A stretch of DNA of 64,000 bases, from the NCBI RefSeq assembly GCF_009914755.1, contig NC_060944.1; one strand, written 5' to 3'. The notes below the pieces were generated by a model that saw only the letters and a program-made list of their open reading frames with translations, was not told where the DNA came from and did no database searches. The first letter of the stretch is position 1, and each line of letters starts with the position of its first letter. Of this stretch, positions 53,785 to 64,000 are shown one piece after another. Source of the DNA: the human T2T-CHM13v2.0 reference genome, Homo sapiens. The position numbers and the translations under genes were made by a program.

Positions 53785-54200
53785 GCATGAGTTTCTTCTG
53801 GCTGCTGTGACAGATTGCCATGAACTCCATGGCTTAAAGCAGCACACATTATCCTAAGTTCAGGAGCTCAGATGTCTACAACAGGCAGCAGGACCCATCC
53901 CTTTGAGGGGCTCTAGGAGATAATCTGTGTCCTTGCCCTTTTTCAGGTTCTAGAGGTCACCTGCATTCCTCAGCTGCAGGCCCCTTCCTCTGTGGCTTCC
54001 ATCCTCCAATCTCCTCTCTCACTGTGGCTCTCCTTCAGCTCCCTTATAAGGACCCCTGCGCTTGCACTGGGGCCCTGGCTACTCCAGGATAATTTCCTAC
54101 CTCCAGGTCCTTCACTTCATTATATCTGCCTGGTCCCTTTGCCTTGTAAAGTTGCATATTCACAGGTTCTGCAGATTAGGACGTGGACATGGGGGAGCCG
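53785..54200. mobile_element. MLT1 LTR
   Basis: GGCTGCTGTGACAGATTGCCA...ATTCACAGGTTCT...ATTAGGACGTGGACAT. Confidence 0.7.
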
Positions 54201-55237
54201 CTGCCTCTCTGCCCACCGCCCTGTCATCCTTCTCTGGATACACTGGCCTCCCCGCTGCCCCATCTCAAGGAATAAGCCTTCTTCCCCTTCAGCTTTGGCA
54301 GATGGCCCTGGCTTTTGCACACCTGGTCTCCCTCTGTTCATGTTTTCCACTTGTCTGCCACTGCATTATCCAGTATGACCTTGTTCACTTACCTGTTCGA
54401 ACATTTCTGCATCCCCATCCTACTCCTCCCTGCCCCCGTTGGTCCCTGGAGCAGGGGCCTTGGCTGTTTGGTTCCCCGCTGTGGCTCTGGTTCCTAGGCG
54501 TTTCGTGACTCATGGAAGGTCCACATTTGTTGCCTGCCTAGGGCCTTCCGTAGTGCTGAGCACTCTACTCATGCTTCCTGGGTCAACTCTAACAGCAACC
54601 CTCTGCTGTGAGTGCCAGTAACAGGCATGAATTTGCAGGTGAAGAAACCACAGCATAAACAGGTGAAGTGACTTGTTTGAGGTCACACAGCTTTTAAGTG
54701 GCAAAATCAGGATTCATGCCCAGGCAGGTGGGCTCCAGAGGGCTCGAGGGTCTTGGGCCGCCTTGTGGGCAGGGCTTTGTCTCCTTGTAGCTGTTCTTCT
54801 GTTCACAGCAAAGGCAACCTCATCCCTTTGAGCCCAGACAGTCATGCCTTTGGGATGTGTCCACTCCAGAACAGGGTCTGTGCTTGACTTACGCATAATG
54901 AAAGCTCCTCTGAGGGAAGTCCCCCTGGGTCTGCCCCATGGTGAGCGCGGGCCTCTTAAGGAGCCACCTGACACACTCCTAAAATGGACTTTTCAAGGTC
55001 CCAGCTAAAGCCCAGTGTGCTTCTCCTCCTCCCCGGCAGTCCTGCAGGAAGGTAGCTTTTCATCAGACAAGGAGGCCTGCTCTGGGCTGGGGGCCCCCAA
55101 CCCCCTCCCACTCAACCGAACACCAGATCTCCTCCCCTCCCTCTCAGGCTCCTGTGTTACCTGAATAGCCTGTGGGTGGGTCTCCCTATTGTTCCATAGT
55201 CAGATGCAAACACGAAGTTGAAGTACCATTAACTTGG

Positions 55238-55597
55238 GGGATGAGTCCGTTTTCACACTGCCGATAAAGACATTCCCGAGACTGGGTAATTTATAAAGAA
55301 AAAGAGGTTTAATGGACTCACAGGGCCACGTGGCTGGGGAGGCCTCACAATCATGGTGGAAGGCGAAAGGCACTCCTTACGTGGTGGTGTCAAGAGAGAA
55401 AATGAGCCAAGCAAAAGGGGTTTCCCCTTATAAAACCATCAGATCTCGTAAGACTTCTTCACTACCACGAGAACAGTATGGGGGAAACCGTCCACATGAT
55501 CCAGTTATCTCCTGCCGGGTCCTTCCCACAACACGTGGGAATTATGAGAGCTACAATTCTAGATGAGATTTGGGTGGGGACACAGCAAACCATATCA
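55238..55597 (-). mobile_element. THE1-family MaLR solo LTR
   Basis: THE1 motifs ending AAACCATATCA; TSD CTTGG on both sides. Confidence 0.88.
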
Positions 55598-57477
55598 CTT
55601 GGTCATCCAAGGTCACGTGGCTGGAAGGAGGGTGGGGCAGAATCCCAGCCTAGATTCCCCTGGTTTCACAGCCTGATCTCATTGTTTATTTATTTATCCA
55701 ACAAATGGTGAGCACCTACTGTGTGCTGAGCAGTGTTTTGGAAGCTGGCGATAGGCACGGAATGAAACAACCAAAGTCCTTTTCTTCAAAGAGCTGGTAT
55801 TCTTGAGCAGCAGAAAATAAATGCAAAGGTTCTTTACCACAAGGTTGAGCCTGGTGAGACGGAACACTCACATAAGAAGTCAGGCAGAGCAGACATCACT
55901 CACAGATAGGCAGCAAGAACAGGCAGAAACCTAGGACCTAGCAAGCCAGCTGCTCATGGCTCAGGAAAGCTGCCCAAGGCGGAAGGCGTTTCATCTGTGC
56001 ATGCTCCACCTTGGACTACAGCCTAGGGACCCTGAAAGCACCCTGCCTCAGGTTTCACACCCTGGGTGACACTGCGATTGCTGAGTTCCAGCATCGAGGG
56101 ACACCCTGATCTATGAGGAATGAGGATATATACAGCCTGGGCTGTTCTGGACAGCTCCTTCTAATCTCAGGACATTGGATTTGTGGCATATTCTACAGTG
56201 AACCAGGGCACCAGCACTGATCCCCTCTCCCCTCCTCCCAGGGAATATTTTTGGTTGTCTATTCTCATTCATTCTACTTCTGAAACTGTTCAGAACCACA
56301 GGTCAGGTTCTGAGAACACCATGAGAGGAGGTGGGAGAGCTGTGTTAGCCAAGGCCATGTGAGGCTCTGTCCTCCTGCAGTAAACAAATAAGCCCATCTT
56401 ATTGACACACACACACACTCACTACACCCTCTCCTTAGGGACACACACACAAAGCCTTTTTCTTTGTAATAATTACAGCAAAAATACCACGGCTGGTGCT
56501 CATTGGCCTGGCTTGTGTCACATGCTCATCCCAGAACCAATCAATGTGGCTGTGGGGATGGAGCCAAGCTTAGGTCACAGTCCACCCCCAAAACAAGATA
56601 AACCGTCAAACCCACCTGGACCACACGGACTGAGCATGCTGATGGGGGTGGGGTGAGAAGAAAATCCAGGTGCTCCTACTGGAAGGGAAAGGGATGATGG
56701 TAGGCAAGAGGTCCAGTAGCCTTGACATGTCTGTGGGTTGATGACTCCCCCAAACTGTTCTCCAGCCCAAACCCACCCTTGAGTCCCGGACCCACAGTTC
56801 CAACTCTCTCCTGGCCACATTTGTTTGAAAGTCCTGTGGGCACCTGGAACGCAGTGTCTTCCTCCCCACAGCAGCTCCCTCTCTGGTGTTGCTTGCTCGC
56901 GGCAGAAACCTGAGCTCCTGTGCTGATCCCCTCTCCCCTCCTCCCAGGGAATATTTTTAGTTGTCCATTCCCATTCATTCTACATCTTAAACTGTTCAGA
57001 ACCACAGGTCACTTCTCACCTGCACCAAAGCATGCAACAAAATGTTTTCCTGCTGCTCTTGGAACAAAGCCCTGTCCAGCAAATTTCACACAGGCTATGG
57101 GCTCTGAGTCCTGGCATCCGGGTGATTTCAGATCCTGCCGAAACGCCCTTGCTCTCAGCCCTCTGGCCACACTGACCCACGTGGGCAGCACTTAACAGGT
57201 GTCTGGCACAGATGTCTGAACGACATCTGGAATGTCCCTTTGTCTCTTGTTTCTCTCTTTCTCTTCTCTAAGCTTTTATTAGTGTTGCCCTGCTGCATGG
57301 AATATTGCCTCATAACTAACCTAGCTAAGTCATTCTCATCCTGCAGGCCTCAGTTTACCCATCGCTTCTTCCAGGAAGCTTCTGCCCATCTTCCAGGCTA
57401 GGTGTGTGTGCTCCTCCCACAAACCCTCATACTTCGCCTTAACATGGTGCTGAGCAGATGGCGTCATTTCTGCCTAA

Positions 57478-57585
57478 TCCCTTTTCTTCTTCCCTCCCTT
57501 CTTCCTTCCTTTCCTCCCTCCGTGCTTTCTTCCTTCCTTCCCTCCCTCCGTGCTTTCTTCCTTCCTTCTTTTCCTTCCTTTTTGC
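57478..57585. repeat. (CCTT)n-like polypyrimidine tract
   Basis: Seen directly. Confidence 0.85.
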
Positions 57586-58049
57586 CTATCTTCTGCCTCC
57601 TTGTCCCCTACTGGGCCATAATCCCCTTAAGGGATAAGACTGTATCTTACTTACCTTTATAATGGGGTGCCAAGAACTGCAGAGTCATAGGCCCTTGACT
57701 AAGCTCTTCCAAAGGAGTGGGCTTATTCCCATTAGATGGGAGAGCATCAAGGAGAAGTGGGTCCAGCCCTCCACTGTTCTCTGCTGGGAGTCCTGGAGGA
57801 TTTGGGGTACGTTCTGGCCCAGGAGACCTGAGATGTAGGAAAGCTTCGATTTAGAGACAGGGATATGGTGCTGAACCTTAGGGGTTGCAAAAGAAGTACT
57901 TGGAAATTGGCTTTGTCTTTACCAACTTGACCCTGGAAAGTTGTTTCCAGGGAGCCCCCTGGGTTTGCTGCCCAAGATCTTTTCAGCAGAAAGTTGGGAT
58001 ATGCTCAGGCTTCTGACCTCAGAGAACATTTTTTCCATAAGGTCTAACA

Positions 58050-58240
58050 TAGGGTGGTCAGATAAAATACAGGACACCAAGTTAAATTTGAATTTCTAAT
58101 AAACAATGAATAATTTATTAGCATAAATATGTGCCAACTATTGCATGGGACATACTTATACTGTTGATTGATGATTCACTGTTTAACTAACAAACAAACT
58201 TAACTGGGCATCCTGTATTTTTATTTGCTAAATCTGGTGC
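58050..58240. mobile_element. MER53
   Basis: Same terminal and internal palindromic motifs, more diverged. Confidence 0.8.
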
Positions 58241-58284
58241 ATTTCTATCACGTGGAGCTGAGTTGGATGAACAAACTAATGAGT

Positions 58285-58790
58285 TTGTATTAGTTATCTA
58301 CTGCCCTGTAACAGATTACCAGAAACTCAGCAGCTTAAAACAACACACATGGGTTATTCTGCAGCCTCTGTGGGCCAGGAATCTGGGCACAGCGTGGCTG
58401 AGCTCTCTGCTTCAGGCCCTCCCCAGGCTGAAATCAAGGTATTGACTGGGGCTGTGGTCTTATCTGAAATCAAGGTGTGGGATTGGAAAGGAATCAGCTT
58501 CTAAGCTCTTGCAGGCTGTTGCCAGAATTTATTCCTTTATGGCTGGAGGACTCATGGTAGTTTGCTTTTTCAAAGCTAGTAAAGAGAGTAAGATTCCAGA
58601 GTGAGTGCTGGTGGATGGGGGGGAGTGTCTCCTGACATGACGTCATCATGGGAGTGACACCCATCAGCTTTGCCGTGTTGTGGAGGTTTGCAGCAAGCCA
58701 CAGATCCCACCCACAATCCAGGGGTGGGGATTATATGAGTATGGCCACCAGGAGCTAGGGATCCTAGGGACACCTCAAAGTCTGTCCCAC
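58285..58790. mobile_element. MLT1 LTR
   Basis: TGTATTAGTTATCTA...CAGCTTAAAACAACAC. Confidence 0.7.
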
Positions 58791-59654
58791 ACAGTTTTGT
58801 TTCCCACCACTTCACTTTTGCCCACACAGTTACTCACAGCAGGGATATAATTTCCTTTTCTGAGTGGACACCAGATGTTAGCCTTCAAGGCCCCCTTAAG
58901 AGTTTGGGCTTCTGAGCCATACTTCTCTGCCTCACTTGGGCAGGTTTTGCCTCTCTGCATCTCTGTTGTCCCATCTGGAAGCTGGAGAGTAACAGTGCCC
59001 ATCTCCTAAGATGGTTCGTTGATTGCGGCTATTCAGGAAGAATGCTCAGCTCAGGGACAGGGAGCACTCAGTAGACACAAGAGCCCCACGAGCTCTGCCC
59101 CAGGCAGTGCCCAGGAACTGCCCAGGGTCAAGCCATTAGTGAGTTTCATGGCTGTCATTAGACCCCAGTGGCAGGCAAAGCCAATGCAAAGTGGAAACAC
59201 TGGTGGATGACGTGCTGGGTGATTTTTCTTAACAACAGAAATAAACACATTTCGAACTTGGTTTTATTTTTGGTGTCGGTGAAGGTGGGCAGTCAAAGTA
59301 ACTTCATGCCAAGCGCTTCCTGTGTGCCAGGCCCTCCCTCGGCACAAGGACACAGCAGTAAACACTGGGTGTCGAGGGCTAAGTCTGGCGTGGCTGCTCT
59401 GTGGAATTGGCCTATGGAACTCTGAGATGTTCTAAGGTCCAGGCCCTGCCTCATAGATGCCCTTCATTGGTCTGGAGTAGCCATTTTCCAACTTTGGCAA
59501 GCTTGTGAACCACCGGCGGCATCTTTCTCAAAATCACAGGCAGATTCAGCAGGTCTAGGGTGGGGCCTGAGGTTCTGCATCTCGGAGCAACTCCCTGGTG
59601 CTGCTGGTCCACGGGAGTTACAGTGGAATTGGAGGTGTTGATATTTATCAGGCT

Positions 59655-60230
59655 ACCTCGACAGTGATGGTCTTGAAATAAATCCATAGGTTCTTTGATA
59701 CTCCTCCCTTTAAGAGGTAAAGCTGACTCCCCCCACTGCCACCCCTTGGAGTGTGAGATGGACTTCATGCTCACTTCTGAAGAGTAGAATATGGTGGAAG
59801 TGACGGTGTGTCTCTTCTGAGACTTAAGTCCTAAAAGGCACTGAGGCTTCTATCTTGCTCTCTCTTGGATCACTTGCTCTGGGGGAACCAGATGACATCT
59901 TGCAAGAGTGCTCAAGTTGCCTACGGAGAGGCAAGGAATGAAGGCTTGGAACGTGCCCATGGCAGGACCTAAGGCCTGCTGCCAACATCCAGTGAGGAGC
60001 TGAGGCCTTCAGCCAACAGCCACACAGTGGGTCCCCTGGGAAGCAGATCCTCCATGTGGTCAAGTCTTCAATGGCCACAGCCCTGGCTGCCATCTTGACT
60101 GCAATGTCAGGGGAGACTCTGAGCCAGCTCCATCAAACTGAGCCACTTTTGATTTCCTGACCCACAGATGCTGTGAGATAACAAATGCTCATTGGTTTAA
60201 GCTGCTAAGTCTTGGGTATAACTAATACAC
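59655..60230. mobile_element. MLT1 LTR inserted in a MER5-like element
   Basis: GCCTTCAGCCAACAGCC...TTCCTGACCCACAGA...TTTAAGCTGCTAAGT. Confidence 0.7.
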
Positions 60231-60373
60231 CAAGTGATCTGAATGTGCAGCTGGGTAAGAGAACTGTTGTAATGGAAGAGACAGACAGTAGTCAAGCAGT
60301 TATTGAAGTCAGTGGTTCTTAAGCCTGAGTGTGCCTTGGAATCAGCTGGAGGGCTCGTTAAAACACAGACTCC

Positions 60374-60672
60374 GACTGGGCGCGGTGGCTCACGCCTGTA
60401 ATCCCAGCACTTTGGGAGGCCGAGGCAGGCAGATTATGAGCTCAGGAGTTCAAGACCAGCCTGGCCAATATGGTGGAACCCCGTCTCTACTAAAAATATA
60501 AAAAATGAGCTGGGCATGGTGGTGTGCGCCTGTAGCCCCAGCTACTCGGGAGGCTGAGGCAGGAGAATCACTTGAACCTCGGAGGTGGAGGTTTCAGTGA
60601 GCCGAGATTGCACCACTGCACTCCAGCCTGGGCGACTGAGCGAGACTCCATCTCAAACAAAAACAACAAAAA
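60374..60672 (+). mobile_element. AluS inserted in a MER5-like element
   Basis: Full Alu with CAAAA-type tail. Confidence 0.93.
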
Positions 60673-60989
60673 ACCCACCAGATTCCTGGGGTGAGGACTG
60701 CCGCTCATTAAGTAGCTTCCTACTGGGTCAGGTTTACTGCCCACCTATCTTCTCTCTCCCTGCTCACTCCCCACTCACCTCTAAAGCACCCCCTTGTCTC
60801 AATAAATGGGGGAACCATCCCTGAAACCTTTCTGATCTAACCTTGGCCAACTTGATGCTCCATTACTGGGGAGATGGTCGAGTAAATATCAATACCTCCA
60901 AGCTCCAGAAAATAGTGCAGCAGTAATAAAAAAGGGTTTGGTTTCTATCTGTGGATCTAGAGAGGCGCCCATGATTTATCTTGAAGTAC

Positions 60990-61222
60990 AGAAAGCAAGT
61001 TGCACATTTTTCAAAATGAAAATAGCTAAATTGTTTTTTACATCTCCACCCGCCCCCAATTATAAAAGCAATACATGCTCATGGCAAAAAATAGAGAAAA
61101 CAGAAAAGTATAAGGAGAAAGAAAGTGGAAAGAATCCAGAATGTTACTGCCCAGAAACACTACTTTTAACATTTTGATGCATTTTCTTCCAGTCTCATTT
61201 CTATGCATATTTGCACACATGG

Positions 61223-61272
<50 letters not shown>

Positions 61273-61620
61273 GTATATGTATATATATATATATTTAAAT
61301 TTATATTGAAGCAAAAATAGAATCACACTACGAATGCTGTTTAGTAGATTGCTTTTTTTCCACTTAACTATCACAGCTTTCCATGCTAATGAATATAGAT
61401 TTATCATCATCTTTCATGGCAACAGAGCATTTGAGTTTGAATACAGCCCACGTTATTTGAGCAATCCCCTGTGGATGGACATTTAGGCTGTTTCTGGATT
61501 TTCATGACTGTGTAAACAGTGCTACTGAGGACAATGCTCCATTGTACCTTACCCGCTGGGTACTTGCCTGATCCTCGCCTTGGGATCAATTCTTGAGTGT
61601 GGAATCGCTGCTTCAAAGGT
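60990..61620 (-). mobile_element. L1ME-like fragment containing a (TA)n microsatellite
   Basis: GGACATTTAGGCTGTTTC motif and AT-rich sequence. Confidence 0.55.
61226..61293. repeat. (TA)n/(TATATG)n microsatellite
   Basis: Seen directly. Confidence 0.95.
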
Positions 61621-63353
61621 TGTGCACAGGTGGCTGTCTTCACAACGATTCTAAGGGTGGGTTCTGGAGCCAAGGGCTTGGGGGTGAGTCTGGGCCCTGC
61701 CCCTCTGTTTTTACAACTGTTTTCATCTGGGGCACATTCCTTAACCTCCTGGTGCCTCAGTCTCTTCCTCTCTAAAATGGGAATAACAATTGGATGTCAT
61801 TCCTGGAGCTGCTGGGAGGAGCCAGTGAGATGGAAAGTGATCAGGGCTCAGGACTGGCACCAGCCGGCTCCTGGGTGAAGCCAGAGAGCCAGTTGGGAAG
61901 GTGCCTTGGGGACCTTGGTACCTGCTGGAAAGCGGAGAATACGGATAATGTAATGTTGGCTAATTGTGTGTTTTTCCTGCACAAGGCACTGTTCAGAACC
62001 CTTTGCTAACTCACCTCATCCTTATATAAGCCCCTGAGTTAGGCACTGTCATCTCATTTACAGACGAAGAAGATGAAACACAGAGAGGTCAGTGTCATGG
62101 CTTGGAGGAGGTGGAGCTGGGACCCAAGCCTAGTGGTGAAGCTCTAGAGCCTTCATCCCTACCACGATGCTGGGGGAAAATGATGGAGAGGAAAGAATCG
62201 CTGGGGTCAGAGAGACGGGATTCAAATTCCGGCTCTGCCTCCTCACAGAAGGATGAGATGTTGAGTGGCTGAGTGAGCATTCTGTGAAGGAAAGGGGAGG
62301 TGGGGGAGGAGATAGGCAATAAACAGCAAACACGTGTGTGATAACTGCAGACCCTGCTGCTACTGGGAAGGATTTGGACAAGAGAGTAACAGGAGGGATT
62401 GGCAGGTCTGCACGATCCTCCCTGAGAACCTGACTGCTGAGCTAAGATGAGGAAGACAAAATGAGGAGTTACCTCTGGAGAGGAGCTGGGTGTGGGGAAC
62501 ATTCTGGCTTGTGCAAGGGCCCTGGGGGTGGGCGAGACCTTGGTGAGTTTGAGAAACTGGAAGGAGACCCGTTCTGGGGCCACTGGAGGAAGGAGGAAAG
62601 TTGTTCTCTTGGCAACCCACTTGATTGCAGGAGAAACTGAGGCACAGAGAGATAAGTGGTTTGCCAAGTCCATGGGGCTGGTAAGCGTAGAGTAGTGCTT
62701 TTGACGCAGGTGGTCAGACGCCTGAGCCTGGGCCCTTCATGAGGCATGTGAGTCATGCTCACTGGCCTTCTGAATATTCAAGAGAAGCTGAAATGCTGAT
62801 TTTTGTGTGAAATATCCTCATGTTTAAATTTTGGTAACCACTTAAAACATAAAGTAAAATAAATCCTGTGGAGATATGACCCAAGGGCCATGACCTAGTG
62901 TGTTCTGATGTCACCTCTCTGTCCCTTTATCTAACAACCTCTGTGCCTTTATCTAACAATGCACACGATGCCAGTCCCTACCTCGTAGGATTGCCAGAGC
63001 CTGTTAAGAGTTATGTGAGCGAGAGCTCCAGGAGGGGGCCTGTGTCTGTCAGCCCAAGGCTGAGGTTCCACTCGTGAAACGTGGTTCCTATTTCCTCACT
63101 CCTCACCATCTCTGGCAATAGCCTAGGCGAGTTCATGTTTCTAGAATGGCTTCTGCCTTTGTCCCAAAAATGACAGAGTAGCAGCAATTGATCCCTTGAT
63201 GTCCCTCCCAGCTGCTGCTTTGCAGATGCTTATGATTTGTGCATTTAAAACCCGACTAGAAAACTCTCAGGGGCACCTCCCCCATTACCTAGCAAGCTTC
63301 ATGGGAGAAATGTGTCTCCCTGGCACAAATGCCCAGAGATCTGAGTAAGAGAT

Positions 63354-63712
63354 AGTATTAGTCCGTTTTCACACTGCTGATAAACACATACCTGAGACTG
63401 GGAAATTTACGAAAGAAAGAGGTTAAATGGACTCCCAGTTTCACGTGGCTGGGGAGGCCTCACAATCACGGTGGAAGGTGAAAGGCAGGTCTCACACGGT
63501 GGCAGACAAGATAAGAGAGATTGTGCAGGGAAACTCCCCTTTATAAAACCATCAGATCTCATGAGACTTATTCACTATCACGAGAATAGCATAGGAAAGA
63601 CCTACCCCCATGATTCAATTACCTCCCACCAGGTTCCTCCCACAACACATGGGCCTTGTAAAAGCTACAATTCAAGATGAGATTTGGGTGGGGACACAGC
63701 CAAACCATATCA
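63354..63712 (-). mobile_element. THE1-family MaLR solo LTR
   Basis: GTATTAGTCC...CCAAACCATATCA; TSD GAGAT on both sides. Confidence 0.9.
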
Positions 63713-63842
63713 GAGATTGACAACCATTGTTTGAAAAGTCAAACTTTGGAAAAAACCTAAGTGCCCACTTAGTGCGGACTGAGTAGTTGACAACACAAGT
63801 CACAGTGGATACCCAGGAGCTATCCATGAGGGCAGGGCTAGA

Positions 63843-64000
63843 GCAGGGCTGACTAATGACGGTCCTCAGGCCAAGTCCGGCCCACAGCCTGAGTTCATAC
63901 ATAAAGTTTTATTGGCACCCAGTCACACCCATGTGTTTACACATTGTCTAAGTCTGCTTTCAAGGTACAATGACAGCGATGAATAACTGCGATAGAGACC
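63843..64000 (+). mobile_element. MER58A (truncated by window end)
   Basis: ATAAAGTTTTATTGG...GTTTACACATTGTCT. Confidence 0.7.

Noticed and set aside
56111-57005. Two ORFs starting MVLNS..., resembling paralogous genes
   Set aside because: They reflect the 89-bp duplication, use non-ATG starts and have no gene structure.

Overview
Human genomic DNA, recognised from sequence as the 5' half of PMEPA1 (TMEPAI; chr20q13.31, minus strand) plus its upstream region. Positions 1-~29,467 are PMEPA1 intron 1; exon 2 lies beyond position 1. Four alternative first exons are readable: d (~10.4 kb, MPAIPAHG), a (29.5-30.0 kb, MHRLMGVNST...), b (~30.5 kb, M) and non-coding c (~31.3-31.5 kb). A CpG-island bidirectional promoter at ~28.9-30.7 kb also drives the divergent, intronless lncRNA NKILA (+, ~30,177-32,770). 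The remainder is typical mammalian non-coding DNA with Alu, MIR/L2, L1M, MaLR LTRs and hAT/Tigger DNA elements; almost all ORFs in the supplied track are chance ORFs. The most interesting observations are regulatory. (i) An orphan promoter-like element at 38.5-38.8 kb repeats the motif order of the NKILA promoter. (ii) Every PMEPA1 first exon carries upstream AUGs, including a poly-Arg uORF across a CGG repeat and a TGATG stop/start overlap at Met5. (iii) There is a strand-polarised array of 15 SMAD CAGAC boxes, plus distal GTCTAGAC-TCF modules. (iv) NKILA's first AUG is in strong Kozak context and opens a 46-aa ORF. Gene and repeat names and transcript ends are from memory, not from a search. 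No new protein-coding system is evident.
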